A stretch of DNA of 62,723 nt, counting the filler, from Pirum gemmata (lineage: Eukaryota), in the NCBI GenBank assembly GCA_002812295.1. It is 13 parts of 13 records of this genome, joined end to end, with 100 filler letters (N's around TTAATTAATTAA, not from the genome) between each part and the next. Parts side by side here need not be neighbours in the genome. Positions count along the whole stretch, not along the records: positions 23,938 to 28,439 come from PDIN01001053.1; positions 28,540 to 33,106 come from PDIN01001054.1; positions 33,207 to 37,761 come from PDIN01001055.1; positions 37,862 to 42,428 come from PDIN01001056.1; 9 more parts are not named here. One strand, given 5' to 3'. Every line of letters starts with the position of its first letter. Within the stretch, counting starts at the first letter, position 1. Positions 24,424-37,939 of this stretch are shown here, piece by piece. The notes beneath the pieces are model-generated. The model was not told the origin of the DNA, made no database searches, and saw only the letters and a program-made list of their open reading frames with translations. The position numbers and the translations under genes are program-made.

Positions 24424-25078
24424 TAATGTTGTATTTTATAAACAAGTTCAATTATCTATCGTCTATTTCATTACAGTAACTGTTGTCCTCTCAATCTTTA
24501 ATTTGGCACTTTTTAAGTGTATAATCGAACTGTTTTATAAAATTAAATATTAAGTATAAAATACCAAATTAATCAAAACATGTCTGATAGTTTAACCATA
24601 ATAATAATTTGGTAAGTTTATTTCAGTTTTTGAACTGGATAATAGACCATATCAGATATCTTGATAGGTCTAGATAGACTACTATCCCAGTTTAAAATAC
24701 TGTGCTTTTNCAATAAAATATACAATAAAGAGTACCAAATTAATACAACATAAATCCATTTCATTTAATTTGGTATATTTTATTATCTATTTATTCAATT
24801 AAAAAAGTCACTTTAAATATCATAACCAACCAAATAAAGGGCAATAGTTCCCAGTTTAAAATGTCGATACAAGGTATGATAGGCTTAGCCTAATAAGAAC
24901 TGGTTTAGGTAGGTAGCTCATGTAGTTTCTTTTATTATGATATTATTATTCAGCTCAAGCCTCAAACTTAGCTCTGAGTCTAGACTATGTCATATTTTCA
25001 TAGAATAACAAGGAATAACAAGTTTCCTTTTTCCAATCCTAACCCCTAACCCTAACTTTATTATATATGACAAAAATA

Positions 25079-25269
25079 TCGTGCTTTTCATTTATTTCGT
25101 CACTTGGAATATTTATTTGGAGGGTTATAATCTTTAAATTGATATTTTTAAATCAATAAATAGATAATAAAATATACCTAATTAAACTAAATGGATTTAT
25201 ATTGTATTAATTGGGTGCTATTTATTGTATATTAAATTTTTATGACGACAAAATAACTGAAAAGCACTG
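25079..25269 (+). mobile_element. MITE family A
   Basis: Full-length copy with both TIRs. Confidence 0.8.
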
Positions 25270-25614
25270 TAATATAATATTATATAGACTAATATAGTTA
25301 ATAATAAATAAAAAAATAAATAAATTTTTTTTAAAAAATGAAATTAACTATGGATTAGCTCCAGCTAGTCTAGGTAGACTACTAAGTGAGTCTAAGTCTA
25401 GCTAGCTATGATAGCTACACTCTAGGGGTTTTATTCCTTGTTTTATGATAGTGTTATTTTTATTTTATTCCTAGCTTTATTAGTAATCCAAATCTTAGTC
25501 TACAATAGTTCTACAGTGAATCTACACACTTTTATTCATAATAAATTTTCAGAATCATAACCAAACAACTAGAAGTTATCATAGAACAACCTGGCTGGGT
25601 CTTAGGCAAACTTA

Positions 25615-25747
25615 GGGAGCGTTCGAATACGTAACGCCAATTTCCGGTCAAATACAGCTTCAAATACCCCTACCTACCTACCCCCCTTCCGGTCAAATAC
25701 CGCCTACCTACCTACCCCTTGACGTGACATATTATTTGTACGTTCCC
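25615..25747 (-). mobile_element. Tourist-like MITE family B
   Basis: TTA|GGGAGCGTTC...CGTTCCC|TTA, 3-bp TSD. Confidence 0.85.
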
Positions 25748-25784
25748 TTAAACCCATGATGAGAGTAGGTCTAGCTAGTCTACT

Positions 25785-26000
25785 ATTGTTTATTTCATAG
25801 TATTTCGTTACAGTTGTCTTCTTAATCTTTAATTTGGTACTGTTTAAGTGTATAATTGAACTTGTTTATAAAATACAATACTAATTATAAAATACCAAAT
25901 TTTAATTAAAAAATGTTTGATAGTTTTACCATAATTATAATTAAATTTTGGTATGTTTATTTCAGTTTTTGAACTGGGCAACACTATTGAAAAACACAAT
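25785..26000 (-). mobile_element. MITE family C (related to A; copies also at ~3259, 13228, 24460, 27951, 47775)
   Basis: Family ends TCGTGTTTTTCAATA / TGAAATAGACGA with a shared core TTTTATAAACAAGTTCAATTATACACTTAA. Confidence 0.7.
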
Positions 26001-26104
26001 ATAGAGAGGTCTATGTAATATTATTCATTATAATTAATCATTATTATTATTATTATTATTTATATCATTTATTTGTTTATTTATTCTATTGATTATTATT
26101 AATA

Positions 26105-26144
<40 letters not shown>

Positions 26145-26312
26145 GTTATTATTATTATTGTTGTTATTATTAATTAGTATTATATATTATTATTAATTAT
26201 GATTATTAAGAAATTAGTTTTATCATGAGCCCTACAGATGAGTCCTACCAATTTAATATTAGGGAATACAGCATTTGTATACAATTGTTCTCTCAAGCTA
26301 TAGCTACTACTA

Positions 26313-26445
26313 GGGAGCATTCAAATAATACGTCACGTCAAGGGGTAGGTAGGTAAGTGGTATTTGACCGGAAATTAATGTCGAGGGGTAGGTAGGTAGG
26401 GGTATTTGAAGCTGTTGGCGTTACGTAGTGTATTTGAACGCTCCC
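26313..26445 (+). mobile_element. Tourist-like MITE family B
   Basis: GGGAGCATTCAAATA...TATTTGAACGCTCCC. Confidence 0.8.
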
Positions 26446-26492
26446 CTCTAGCTAGCTAGAGTGGTACACATTAATAAAAATTAATAAACTAA

Positions 26493-26670
26493 TTTCATTT
26501 ATTTTGTCACTCTGAATATTTATTTGGAGGGTTATAATATTTAAATTGACATTTTTAAATCAATATGTAGATAATAAAATATACCAAATTAAATTAAATA
26601 GATTTATATTGTATTAATTTGGTACTATTTATTGTTTATTTTATGATGACAAAACAACTGAAAAGCACTA
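26493..26670 (+). mobile_element. MITE family A (left end slightly truncated)
   Basis: Family core plus right TIR. Confidence 0.75.
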
Positions 26671-26745
26671 GACCTATAACATAGATAGGGGCTGTGATAG
26701 AGCCCATGAAAACTGACTCATGGGTATCAAATATTATGCACTTAA

Positions 26746-26855
26746 GAAAACGTTCAAATACTACCCCTACCTACCTACCCATCGACGTTAAAATTTCCGG
26801 TCAAATACCACCTACCTACCTACTACTTGACGTGACGTATTATTTGAACGCACCC
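26746..26855 (-). mobile_element. Tourist-like MITE family B, internally deleted
   Basis: Degenerate TIRs and CCTACCTACC core. Confidence 0.7.
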
Positions 26856-27950
26856 TATCATAAAGTAGGCTAAGATGAGACCTTATTATGGTAGAACATT
26901 CATTAATGACGTCATCATAACATAAATACCAACAAATGACGTCATTAATGAATGGACCCTTTAATATATAGTGCTGAATATTTATTTGGTTGTTTATAAT
27001 TTTTCAATTGGCATTTTTAAATGAATAATTGGATAATAAAATATACCAAATTAAATGAAATGGATTATATTATATTAATTTGGTACTTTTTATTGTAAGA
27101 ACTTCACCAAACAGACTATCAGTCGACTTGTTTTCACTGATACAATGAAATTTTAATATATTTGAGCTAATATTTGAAGGATTTAGGGTGGATTTAGCTA
27201 ATTTAGCTGCTACCACCAAATATCCGTATTTTTCCATTTTACATAAAGAAATAAGGCATTAGTTAGTTCTCCAGTAGTTCTTCTCCCCAGTTTCTTGCCT
27301 TCCAGAAGTTCAAATTAGGGTTGTTAGAGATGTAGACCCTACCTAGTCTTAGTAATATTACTTGCAAAACAAAATATCATTGATATTACTTGCAAAACAA
27401 AATCATACCAAACAGACCTAGCTAGTATCACGAATCACGATATCATTGAATTATGATATTTAATAATATGATAATAATAATTTTTTAATTAAAAATAAGA
27501 TTTATTTAATCAGAATATTTGCTATAATAAGTTAACAACTATGTATGTATACGTACAACTATGTTAATATTTAGTATTTACGAACTTATTTACGGCTAAA
27601 TATTAGATCAGAATGGTTTTATTTTTTATATATAGAACTAAAATTGCCTATATATACCGGTATAGCAAAAAAGTGGTTTTTGCTATATATATATATTATG
27701 ATAATATATTATATATTATATTTGGAACCAGATGTGGGTCTTTCGGTCTTTTGTCTATATAATAATATAAATAAGAATGCCAGATTGCATATATATTAAA
27801 AACTATATATAAATAATACATATATAAATAATATATTATATATGTAGTATCATATAATATTATATCTATGTGAGCCTCTATATTCACTCTATGTAGTCTA
27901 TGATATTATCATATGCACAGTCTCAGTGCACAGTCTATCAAATATGTGTA

Positions 27951-28166
27951 TCGTGTTTTTCAATAGTGTTGTACTATGATAATATTGTCCAGCTCAAAAA
28001 CTGAAATAAACGTACCAAATTATTATTATGGTTAAACTATAGGGCATGTTTTAAATAATTTGGTATTTTATACTTAATTTTGTACTTTATAAAACAGTTC
28101 TATTATATTCTTAAAAAGTACCAGATTAATTAAAGACTGAGAGGACAACTGTAATGAAATAGACGA
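27951..28166 (+). mobile_element. MITE family C, full length
   Basis: TA|TCGTGTTTTTCAATAG...TGAAATAGACGA|TA. Confidence 0.75.
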
Positions 28167-28398
28167 TATCATAATTATATACGGTTGGAACCCGGGACCC
28201 AAATCCTATATAACTCCCAACTCACTCTCTACCTAGCTAGCCTGGGGTCTAGCTAGCCTGGGGTCTAGCTAGCTAGTTAGTTAGTATCATATAGTATGAT
28301 ATCGATATCATAGTAGTAGTATCATAGTAGTAGTAGTAGTAGTAGTAGTAGTAGAAGCTATAGTAATAGTACTAGTAGTAATAGTAGTAGTAGTAGTA

Positions 28399-28439
<41 letters not shown>

Positions 28440-28749
28440 NNNNNNNNNNNNNNNNNNNNNNNNNNNNNNNNNNNNNNNNNNNNTTAATTAATTAANNNNN
28501 NNNNNNNNNNNNNNNNNNNNNNNNNNNNNNNNNNNNNNNATAATAATAATATTTTATATGATTTTGACAATGTTTTTAATTTCCCCTACAATTCTAGATC
28601 TAGTTGTAGCTTAGATGGTTTTGAGCTTCAATTTAATAATAATAATAATAATAATAATAATAGTAATAATAATAACGATTCCACAAGCTTAAGCTTGCCA
28701 AGATCGTTTAGTTTAGACGACCTTGCCTGTTCTTATGGTGATAATATTA

Positions 28750-29397
28750 TGAACAATACATCGTTAACTAATGTTAATACTTTAGATTATATTATGCATT
28801 GTGATAATAGTAATAGTAATAGTGATAGCAATAATAATCGTATTAACAACGTTAACGATTATAATATTGTTAATACTAATAATAATACCAATTGTAATGA
28901 TATTAACTCATTTTTGCTAAGACCTATTTGATTTTTGGAATTTTAATTAACTGGAAGATGAATACATCGTTAACATTAGTAATAGCATAAAAATTTCATG
29001 TTAATTTATTCTATTCATTGTGATAATGGTAATTAATAATAGTGATAGTGATAGCAATAATAATCGTATTAGCAACAATAACGATTAAAATATTGTTGGT
29101 GCTAATAATAATTAACTCATTTTTGCTAAGACCTATTTGATTTTATGGAATTAATTAACTGGAAAATGAACAATACATCACTAATACATCATTAACAAAT
29201 AGCATATTAATAAAATTTTAATGTTTTAATTTATTTTATTCATTGTGATAATGGTAATTAATAATAGTGATAGTGATAGCAATAATAATCGTATTAATAA
29301 CAACGTTGACGATTATAATATTGCTAGTACTAATAATAATACCAATTGTAATGATTTTAGCTCATTTTTGCTAAGACCTATTTGATTTCATGGAATT
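28750..29397. repeat. Imperfect triplication (~190-230 bp) of the 3' end of an Asn-rich ORF
   Basis: CTCATTTTTGCTAAGACCTATTTGATTT recurs at ~28907, 29117 and 29362. Confidence 0.85.
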
Positions 29398-29727
29398 TTT
29401 TAATATACACTCTCAAATATATCGATGCATATTTTAATATTTTTACGCCACTTGAGATTTTGTGCTAATTTTTAAAACAATTACTTTTCCTAATCTAACC
29501 TTACTAACTAGTAGAACAGTTACTAACACTCCCTAACAACCTAACCCTAATTATGTAAAATCCTCTCTCTATATATATCATATAACAATCCCTAACTAAT
29601 TATTATAACCCTATAGCTGAACAGAATATCATACAACTCTTTTTCCTGAAGGAAGTCCTTATATCATAATATATCATGTATCAGATAGTGTATCATATAA
29701 ATCGATAGAGCATGCTGCATATATATA

Positions 29728-29932
29728 ATAGGGGTGAGATATCTACTGGAACTTTTTTCGAACATGCTTATCGAGCCAACCTTAGTTCCGTGTCCCTTCC
29801 TAATAATAGTAGTCAAATAGCTTAAAATAGTAAATCTAATTATTGTAGATACCAATTAAAGTAATATTATTAACATTAATAGTAATAAAAACCATAAAAA
29901 TCGGAAAAGTTCCGACGTCATCTCACCCCTAC
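29728..29932. mobile_element. Mariner-like MITE family D
   Basis: TA|ATAGGGGTGAGAT...ATCTCACCCCTAC|TA, in opposite orientation to the 17129 copy. Confidence 0.8.
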
Positions 29933-29965
29933 TATATACGTACACGCTGTGTTTCAAGAACTGTA

Positions 29966-30150
29966 TCGTACTTTTCAGTTATTTTGTCGTCATAAAATAT
30001 ACAATAAATAGTACCAAATTAATAAAATATAAATCCATTTCATTTAATTTGGTATATTTTATTATATATTTATTTATTTAAAAGTATCAATTTAATTATT
30101 ATAAACAACCAAATAAATATTCGGAGTGACAAAATAAATGAAAAGCACGA
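29966..30150 (-). mobile_element. MITE family A
   Basis: Both TIRs and TA flanks. Confidence 0.85.
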
Positions 30151-30177
30151 TATCATATCAATAATAATGTATAATAA

Positions 30178-30319
30178 GGAAGCGTGCAAATTACGTAACG
30201 CCAATTCCAGGTCAAATACAGCTTCAAATACCCCTATCTACCTACCCCTCGACGTTAATTTCCGGTCAAATACCACGTATCTACCTACCCTTGACGTGAC
30301 GTATTATTTGAACGCTCCC
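30178..30319 (-). mobile_element. Tourist-like MITE family B
   Basis: TAA|GGAAGCGTGC...CGCTCCC|TAA. Confidence 0.85.
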
Positions 30320-30495
30320 TAATCTAATAATCTACACATTTTTTGGTTTTCTTATTAGAATTTAGAACTACTAGCTATAATAATTATAATCTATCATAAC
30401 TCGTAATTATGATATTATACTTATCATAATTATCCAAAGACTCCAAGTCCATCTTTTTTTATTATACCTGTCTCAAGTTCTCAACTTTTCCCTAA

Positions 30496-30639
30496 GGGAG
30501 TGTTCAAATACTAGGTAACACCAATTTCCAGTCAAGTACAGCCTCCAATACCCCTACCTACCTACCCCTTGATGTTGATTTCCGGTCAAATACCGCCTAC
30601 CTACCTTCCCTTGACGTGACGTATTATTTGAACGCTCCC
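30496..30639 (-). mobile_element. Tourist-like MITE family B
   Basis: TAA|GGGAGTGTTC...CGCTCCC|TAA. Confidence 0.85.
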
Positions 30640-30827
30640 TAAAGTAAAGCTCTTTATTTATGATATTTTTTAAAAAATTAAAAAGCTAGAGAGCTCACTG
30701 TGATACTACTAGCTAGCTACCTATGAGTGTCTACTATCTAGATCTACTAGCTATTGATAGCTGGTAGGAATTTCGAATGGCAAAATAGGCTGAAAAAGTT
30801 TTATAACATTATGATATCATAATAATA

Positions 30828-31014
30828 TTGTGCTTTTCATTTATTTTGTCACTCTGAATATTTATTTGGTTGGTTATAGTATTTAAATTGACATTTTTAA
30901 ATGAATAAATAGATAATAAAATATACCAAATAAAATGAAATGGATTTTTGTTGTATTAATTTGGTATTCTTTATTTTATATTTTATATAATGACAAAACA
31001 ACTAAAAAGCACGA
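30828..31014 (+). mobile_element. MITE family A
   Basis: Both TIRs and TA flanks. Confidence 0.85.
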
Positions 31015-31244
31015 TAATATTTTAAAAAAATAATCGTAGTAATAATTTTATGATAATATTATATTAGTTAATTTAGAACCCTGTATTATAGTAGACTCTA
31101 ACAAGTATGATATGACATAAAAAAATACAATATTAAAAATTTTATTATTTAAAAATAAATATTATTATACTATCATAGATTATATAATATTATGTAGACC
31201 TTATTATATCGATATATAGAATAATAATATAGACCCCCCTCTAG

Positions 31245-31434
31245 TAGTGCTTTTCATTTATTTTGTCACTCCGAATATTTATTTGGCTGGTTATAATTTT
31301 TTAATTGAAATTGTTAAATGAGTAAATGAATAATAAAATATAACCAAATTAAATGAAATGGATCTATATTGTATTAATTAACTTGGTGCTCTTTATTGTA
31401 TATGTTATGATGACAAAACCACTGAAAAACACGA
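31245..31434 (+). mobile_element. MITE family A
   Basis: Both TIRs. Confidence 0.8.
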
Positions 31435-32516
31435 TAGTATATTATATATGATTTTAATACAAAGCTTGAATATAATATATATCACGATAGTTTGATATAA
31501 TATGTGTGGATACATATACATATTATAATACCAGTTGTCTTTTAATTAAAAACTAAAGTCTAACTTTAACTTGGCAGATACAGTTAGATGTAGACGTATA
31601 TTTTAATACATCGAGTATCATATACCAGGCGGTAGAGGGTTATATTAAAGGTAGAGAGAGGGTCGGGATTACTAAGAGTTAGGGCTAGGGTCTACTACCT
31701 AGCTAGCTGTAGGGGTTAGGGTTAGGCTTTGGAGTTCTAATCAAAGTTCATTTTTCATAGAATCATAGGCGCCAAGCAACTTTAAAATTAGAGGTGAGTT
31801 TATATATCCTTTTTCGAGATTCCATTTAAGTGGCTTACATCGCAATCTGAAAGCTTACAATTCTCATATTATAGGTCAGAAGGTGGTGAGAGGGGTTTGT
31901 GGTGTTTACGATATCGATATCGATATCGATATCGATAGTTTATAAATGATAGTCTACAGTAGTGATGAACATCTAACTAATTTCAGGTTTGACATGAGAT
32001 TCTGTTCCCCTGGAACTGATTTCAAATAAGGATCGGGTTAGGGTTAGGGTTAGGGTTAGGGTAATAACCCTAACCATAACCATAATATTTTAAACCCTAA
32101 CCAGTCTTCATATAGTAACCTATTCATATGCCTGAGGCTAGAAATTACCGGTATAGTCCGGTATATATATATATTATTGTGACGTCATCCGTGCTACATG
32201 CTTTAATGCCTATGGATTAGATAGAGAAATATTCAATCTTAAAATTTTAAGCTTTAATTAAATTTGCATAAGTATCAAATCATTTTACTGTATCAATTGC
32301 AAGTGATGGATTTTAAATTGAGTACTATTAATACCTATTAATAATTAACCCCTAACTAGACCCTAACCCTAACCACTCCTAACCCCAAGTACTCCCAACT
32401 TGTCCCAAGTCTATTTTGCCACTAGTAGCTAGAGTCAATAAGCTTTTTAATTTTAAATTTGCATAAGTATTAATATCAAATCATTTTACTGTATTAATTG
32501 CAAGTGATGGATTTTA

Positions 32517-32701
32517 TCGTGCTTTTCAGTTGTTTTGTCATCATAAAATATACAATAAAGAGTACCAAATTAATAACATATAAATCCATTTCATTTAATT
32601 TGGTATATTATATTATCTATTTATTCATTTAAAAATGACAACTTAAATATTATAACCAACCAAATAAATATTCAGAGTGACAAAATAAATGAAAAGCACT
32701 A
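32517..32701 (-). mobile_element. MITE family A
   Basis: Both TIRs. Confidence 0.85.
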
Positions 32702-33874
32702 TGATATATAAATAGATTATGGTGTGAGGGTGGGAAATTTGTCATTTTTTTATACTATCATATTATCATATAGATTAGTTCCGAAATAAAAGTGTGCTGA
32801 AAGTGTGCTGTGCTGAGCTGTGCCCCTATCAACTTTTAGCAACTTTTTGATGACTCCGGCTCTCCGACTAAATATAGGGCTAGAAAGAAAATATAGGGCT
32901 CTCCGACTGGCTCTCCGGCTAGCTAGCACTAGTAGGGCTCTCTCCGACTAGGGCTCCGAGCGTTATAGCTGTTCTGATAATACAATGCACAAAATCGCTT
33001 AATTAGGACAAAGACCGTTTCAGAGTTGCTTTCATTCGCAGTTTTTTTTTAGAATTTTGTTCAGAATTTTGTTCAGAATTTTGGTTTCTAACTTTTTTTT
33101 TTTTTTNNNNNNNNNNNNNNNNNNNNNNNNNNNNNNNNNNNNNNNNNNNNTTAATTAATTAANNNNNNNNNNNNNNNNNNNNNNNNNNNNNNNNNNNNNN
33201 NNNNNNTAATAATAATAAATAATAAATATAATAATAATAATAATAAATAATAATAATAAATTATAAATTGTAATGATAATAAAACACTAATACTGCTAAT
33301 GTTCAAAAATAAATAAAGTAACAGTGTACTATAAATTATCAATACTAATACCAATAACAGTAATAGTTATTGATAGCAAAAGGTATGATGGTGGTAACAG
33401 TGATAATAACATACATAAAAATGGCAATGATGATGATGATGGTAATATTAATATTAACAATCATAATCATAATCATAATCATAATCATAATCATAATCAT
33501 AATCATAATCATAATCATAATCATAATAATTTAAACTATTTTTTCCTGTTGTTATTATTACATTATCCCCTTTGTTATTGCTTTTATCATAATTGTTATT
33601 GCTACTATTATCATCATTTTAGTATTGATAGTGGTAGTGATAGTGTGAGTGGTAATATTGTGGGTTAGGGTAAGGGTGGAAATTGATATTGGTATTAGTG
33701 CTCATAACATGAATAGTACTATCCTCATTGTCATTATCATAGTTATTGTTAATACTATTATTAGCATACATTATTATTATTATTATTATTATCCTTATTA
33801 TTATATTGTTGCTAAATAAATAAATAGATAAGATAGATAAAATAAATAAACACTATAAAGAAACTCATATTAAC

Positions 33875-34678
33875 CTTGAAAACCCAATGTTCTCGAAATC
33901 AAATATATCAGTCAATAACCAAAATTCTTTGTAGCAATCACCATCTCCATCCAGTTCGGCTTGAGAAATAACTTTTTTTGAGGTTTTACTTGGTAAAAAT
34001 TTCTAATACACACAAAAACAATAAAACGGGGAGGGTGATGATGATGAGAGTGACGATGATGAGGATCATGAAGGTCATGATGATGAGAGTGAACTTGGTA
34101 ATGATTAGGACGGTGATGGTGAAGAGGAGGAAGAGGATGCTGAAGATCATGCTGACAATAATGATCATGATCACAAAGTGAAGCGGGAGAAAAGGGAGAA
34201 AAGGGAGTGGGGGNNNNNNNNNNNNNNNNNNNNNNNNNNNNNNNNNNNAATAAGTCATTATAAATTGTCTTTGTTTCTATTTCTGTGATATGAACAACTA
34301 TAATAAAGACGTTGTCAAAAATGATACAAGACAATATATAATAATTGACATTGTTGCTGTTCTATTACTGGAATAACAAAACTAACGAAATTAACTGAAT
34401 ATTGGCGTTGCATTATAAAATTAGTAAGCAACAGCATAAGTAACAATAGATAAATCAATAAATATAAATAAATAAATAAACAAATAAACGAATAAATATA
34501 AATAATATAAACATAAATAAATAAATAAATAAATAAAATTAACCTCTATTTCTACTTTACTTCCAACGCCTGCTTTAAGCATAAGACTGTTACAATGAAT
34601 GCATTTTATATTTTTGGGATTTTTATTACCAGGCATAGAGGTAGAAATTACCTTAGTGTGTGTTTTGTCGTCACTCAT
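33875..34678 (-). CDS. RABIF: MSS4/RABIF Rab-interacting factor, exons 34678-34544 and 34002-33875; partial
   Basis: KNPKNIKCIHCNSLMLKAG (first CxxC) splices in phase to KFLPSK...FWLLTDIFDFENIGFSR (Mss4 W..D...FENxGF motif), with GT-AG borders. Confidence 0.85.
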
Positions 34679-35699
34679 TGCTTTTATGTTATTATTATTT
34701 AGTGTTAGGTTGGGTGCTGGGGTTGACGTTGGGTTGGTGATAATGGTAGTGATAAGAGGGGTATCAATATCACTTTTGTGCTGCTATTGTATTTGTTTTT
34801 ATTATTATTATTATTCGTTTTTTACAATAATAATAATAAATAAATGATAAAAAAATAAATAAATAAATAAATAAATAAATAAAATAAAATAATTGAATGA
34901 ATGAATGAATGAATGAACGAATATACTATATAAATAAATAAATAAATTACCCTATAGAAAAATATTTATAATAACAATAAATAAATGATAAATAAATAAA
35001 TAAATTAATAAATTAAATAAATAAATTATTATAAATAAGCAACTGAGAATATTAAAAAGCAAGGAAGTCGTTGAAATTTATTAATAGTCTCGATATCCTT
35101 TATCATTTATTTATTAGTCTGTAGATTCTATCATACAAAAAAAAATCTCTCTCTGAAAAAATCCAGCTGAAAAAATCTGAGTGATAAAATGTGATATTTA
35201 GAATTTTTTTGCCTATATATAGAAACTCTAGCTAGTAGCTAGCTAGCTAGAGCTCTAGCTAGACTCTCTAGCTAGTAGCTAGCTAGCTAGAGGTTTACAT
35301 GTTTTTAAATTTAAAATTTAATAAAAAAAAATAGTCTACATGTTGTCCAGTTCAAGAGAGGACCTCTAGTAGGTGGAAAACCGTCACTATCGAGTTGCTA
35401 TCAATAGTTAGTAGACCCCCACCCCCCCCTCCCCCCAGTAGTAGACTCTATCATAGCTCTAGCTAGTAGTAGACCCCCCAGACTCCCAGAGCCCCCAGTC
35501 TATCTACGTGTCATGTGCTGTACATCAAGTCAAAACCAACTGATAATCAAATCATTAACTTATACCAAATTTGAAAGTATTATGAAACAAATCAACAACT
35601 ATATAACTGTAACACTGTAACCTACTGCTCCTCCTTTTTTTATACGCTATAATAGAAAACAGGAACTTTTTTTTGCCAAAACTTTGAAAAAAAGATAAA

Positions 35700-35990
35700 A
35701 CCATTAGACAGTGAAAAATTTAGTTTTTGAATAATAGTTCTACTAGTAAGCGTTGATAATTGTATTCAAACAGCATTGACATTACGATGATATTTATAAA
35801 TTAGAATGTACAAATAACATAATATGTATAGGTAGTTTTCTATTTTTTGCTTTCTCAATTCAATACTTAATATAATAAGTTAATAATTAGTGAAATTATG
35901 TCCGAATAGACTGCTTAAGGTAGGCGCTACTAGTTGGTTAGACTGAGCTGGACCAGTCCAACTTGAAAAATCGAGGTAAAAAAACGTTTT
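35700..35990. repeat. Dispersed repeat family K (second copy ~42860-43070)
   Basis: Shared TAGTTTTCTATTTTTTGCTTTCTCAATTCAATACTTAATA and GTCCAACTTGAAAAATCGA. Confidence 0.75.
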
Positions 35991-37730
35991 ATTATAATTA
36001 TATATTATATATTACAGTAGAGTAATTACAACTAGCTAGCTAGCTATCATTATCATTTTAGTCTATAGTTAAAAAAGTAATAATTATTATTTAGACTGTC
36101 TATATATAGATGCTTATTGATGTATTATTATTATTATTATTATCTATCATCGTCGTCACATTAGGGTTATCCATATTATTATCCCTATTATTATCATTTT
36201 TATATTTGTAAAAAATAGGGAGGCTAAGGGATGAGTAAGGGATGTCACTTGTGTGTATGAAATTCACGAACGTAGGGGTTTACTCGCATATCGTGTAGGG
36301 GTTATAATATTCTTGCCGGGAGCTATTTTCCATGTACAAAAAAGACGAAACCACTGCGGATAAAAGCCTCGAGTTTCCTGCTTTTAATCTAATCACCCAA
36401 CTTTATCTGCTGCTCATCCTACTTTCTACTGATAAGAGTAAAATAAAAGCTGGGCTGTCCTATTACTTTACGGAATATTCTCATACTTGTGACCAAATGC
36501 GAGGTATTTTTTGTCTTATTTATGTTTATTCATTTATTTTGTTATCATTATTTTACACCCATTGTGATGTTATGCTATTATCATTATATTTTTCTTTATT
36601 ATTAATTATTATGATAATAATAGTAATTAAAACACATAAATTCAATAAATTCCTATGAATGCTTAGAAATGATGTCCGTTTTAGAAATCTATTTTTTTAA
36701 AGAATCGATATCACATTTGATAAAATTTACAAAGCAAGAAGCAAGAAGAGCTTGAAGAAACCAAAGCTTGGATGAATATATAGGCTCGAAGTAATAATGA
36801 TGATTGACATAAAAAACCCTAACCCTAGCCCTAACACTAACTTATTGACATTAAAAAAAATTAAACATTTTTTGAAACAATTTCGGAAATTGTTAATAAT
36901 CGTTCCCGTATTGGAAAGATTTTTTTTGAACGTTCTTTTTACTAACCCAGTCTAACCCTAATATAACTAATAATACTAATACTAATACTAATACTAATAC
37001 TAATTACTAATACTAAGAATACTAAAAATTGTGGACCTTAGTAACCTTTCGTGTGAATACAATTTAATTATTTTGTGATTATTGAACTTATTTATTTCTG
37101 ATATTTTTAAAATAAGGAAACAGAAGGATTTATCAAATATATATACGGATCACACGTTCAGGACGAAGCGGGTTGTATATATCACCCACTGTAAAAGACC
37201 TGAGCTTTTTGGATACTGTGATAATGTGCACGATAAACGTTGTGGAGAAAGTGATTAACATTTTCTGTACCCTGTGCTCTTCAAAACTACCTGTCTCGTG
37301 TACCAAGTATTGTTATTTGTTATTTACTATTTTTTGTTATTTTAATTAACATTTTCTGTGCTCTTCGAAAACTACCTGTCTCTTGTGTCACGTATTATTA
37401 TTTGTTATTTACTATTTTTTGTTATTTGCTATTTGTTATTTGGCATTAAATTTTGGCATTTGCTAGTTGTTAGTTGTTATTTGCTATTAAATTTTGTTAT
37501 TTGTTATTTAAATTTGTTATTAATTATTTGTTATTAGTTATTAATTATTAATTAGTTGTTATTAGTTATTAGTGCTTTAGTTATTAGTTAATTAAAATTA
37601 TTTGTTGCTTGTTTATGTGCTGATTGAAGCAATGGAAAGCATTATGGCGAACTTCCGGCGCTATGCAGCGCATAATGTGCGAGACGTTAATCAGAGAGAT
37701 ATATTCAGACATTTCGCAAAACATATTTGG

Positions 37731-37761
<31 letters not shown>

Positions 37762-37939
37762 NNNNNNNNNNNNNNNNNNNNNNNNNNNNNNNNNNNNNNN
37801 NNNNNTTAATTAATTAANNNNNNNNNNNNNNNNNNNNNNNNNNNNNNNNNNNNNNNNNNNNATTATTATTATTATTATTATTATATTATTATTATTATTA
37901 TTATGGTTGTAGTGGTGTTTGTAAAAGAATTGACGTTGC

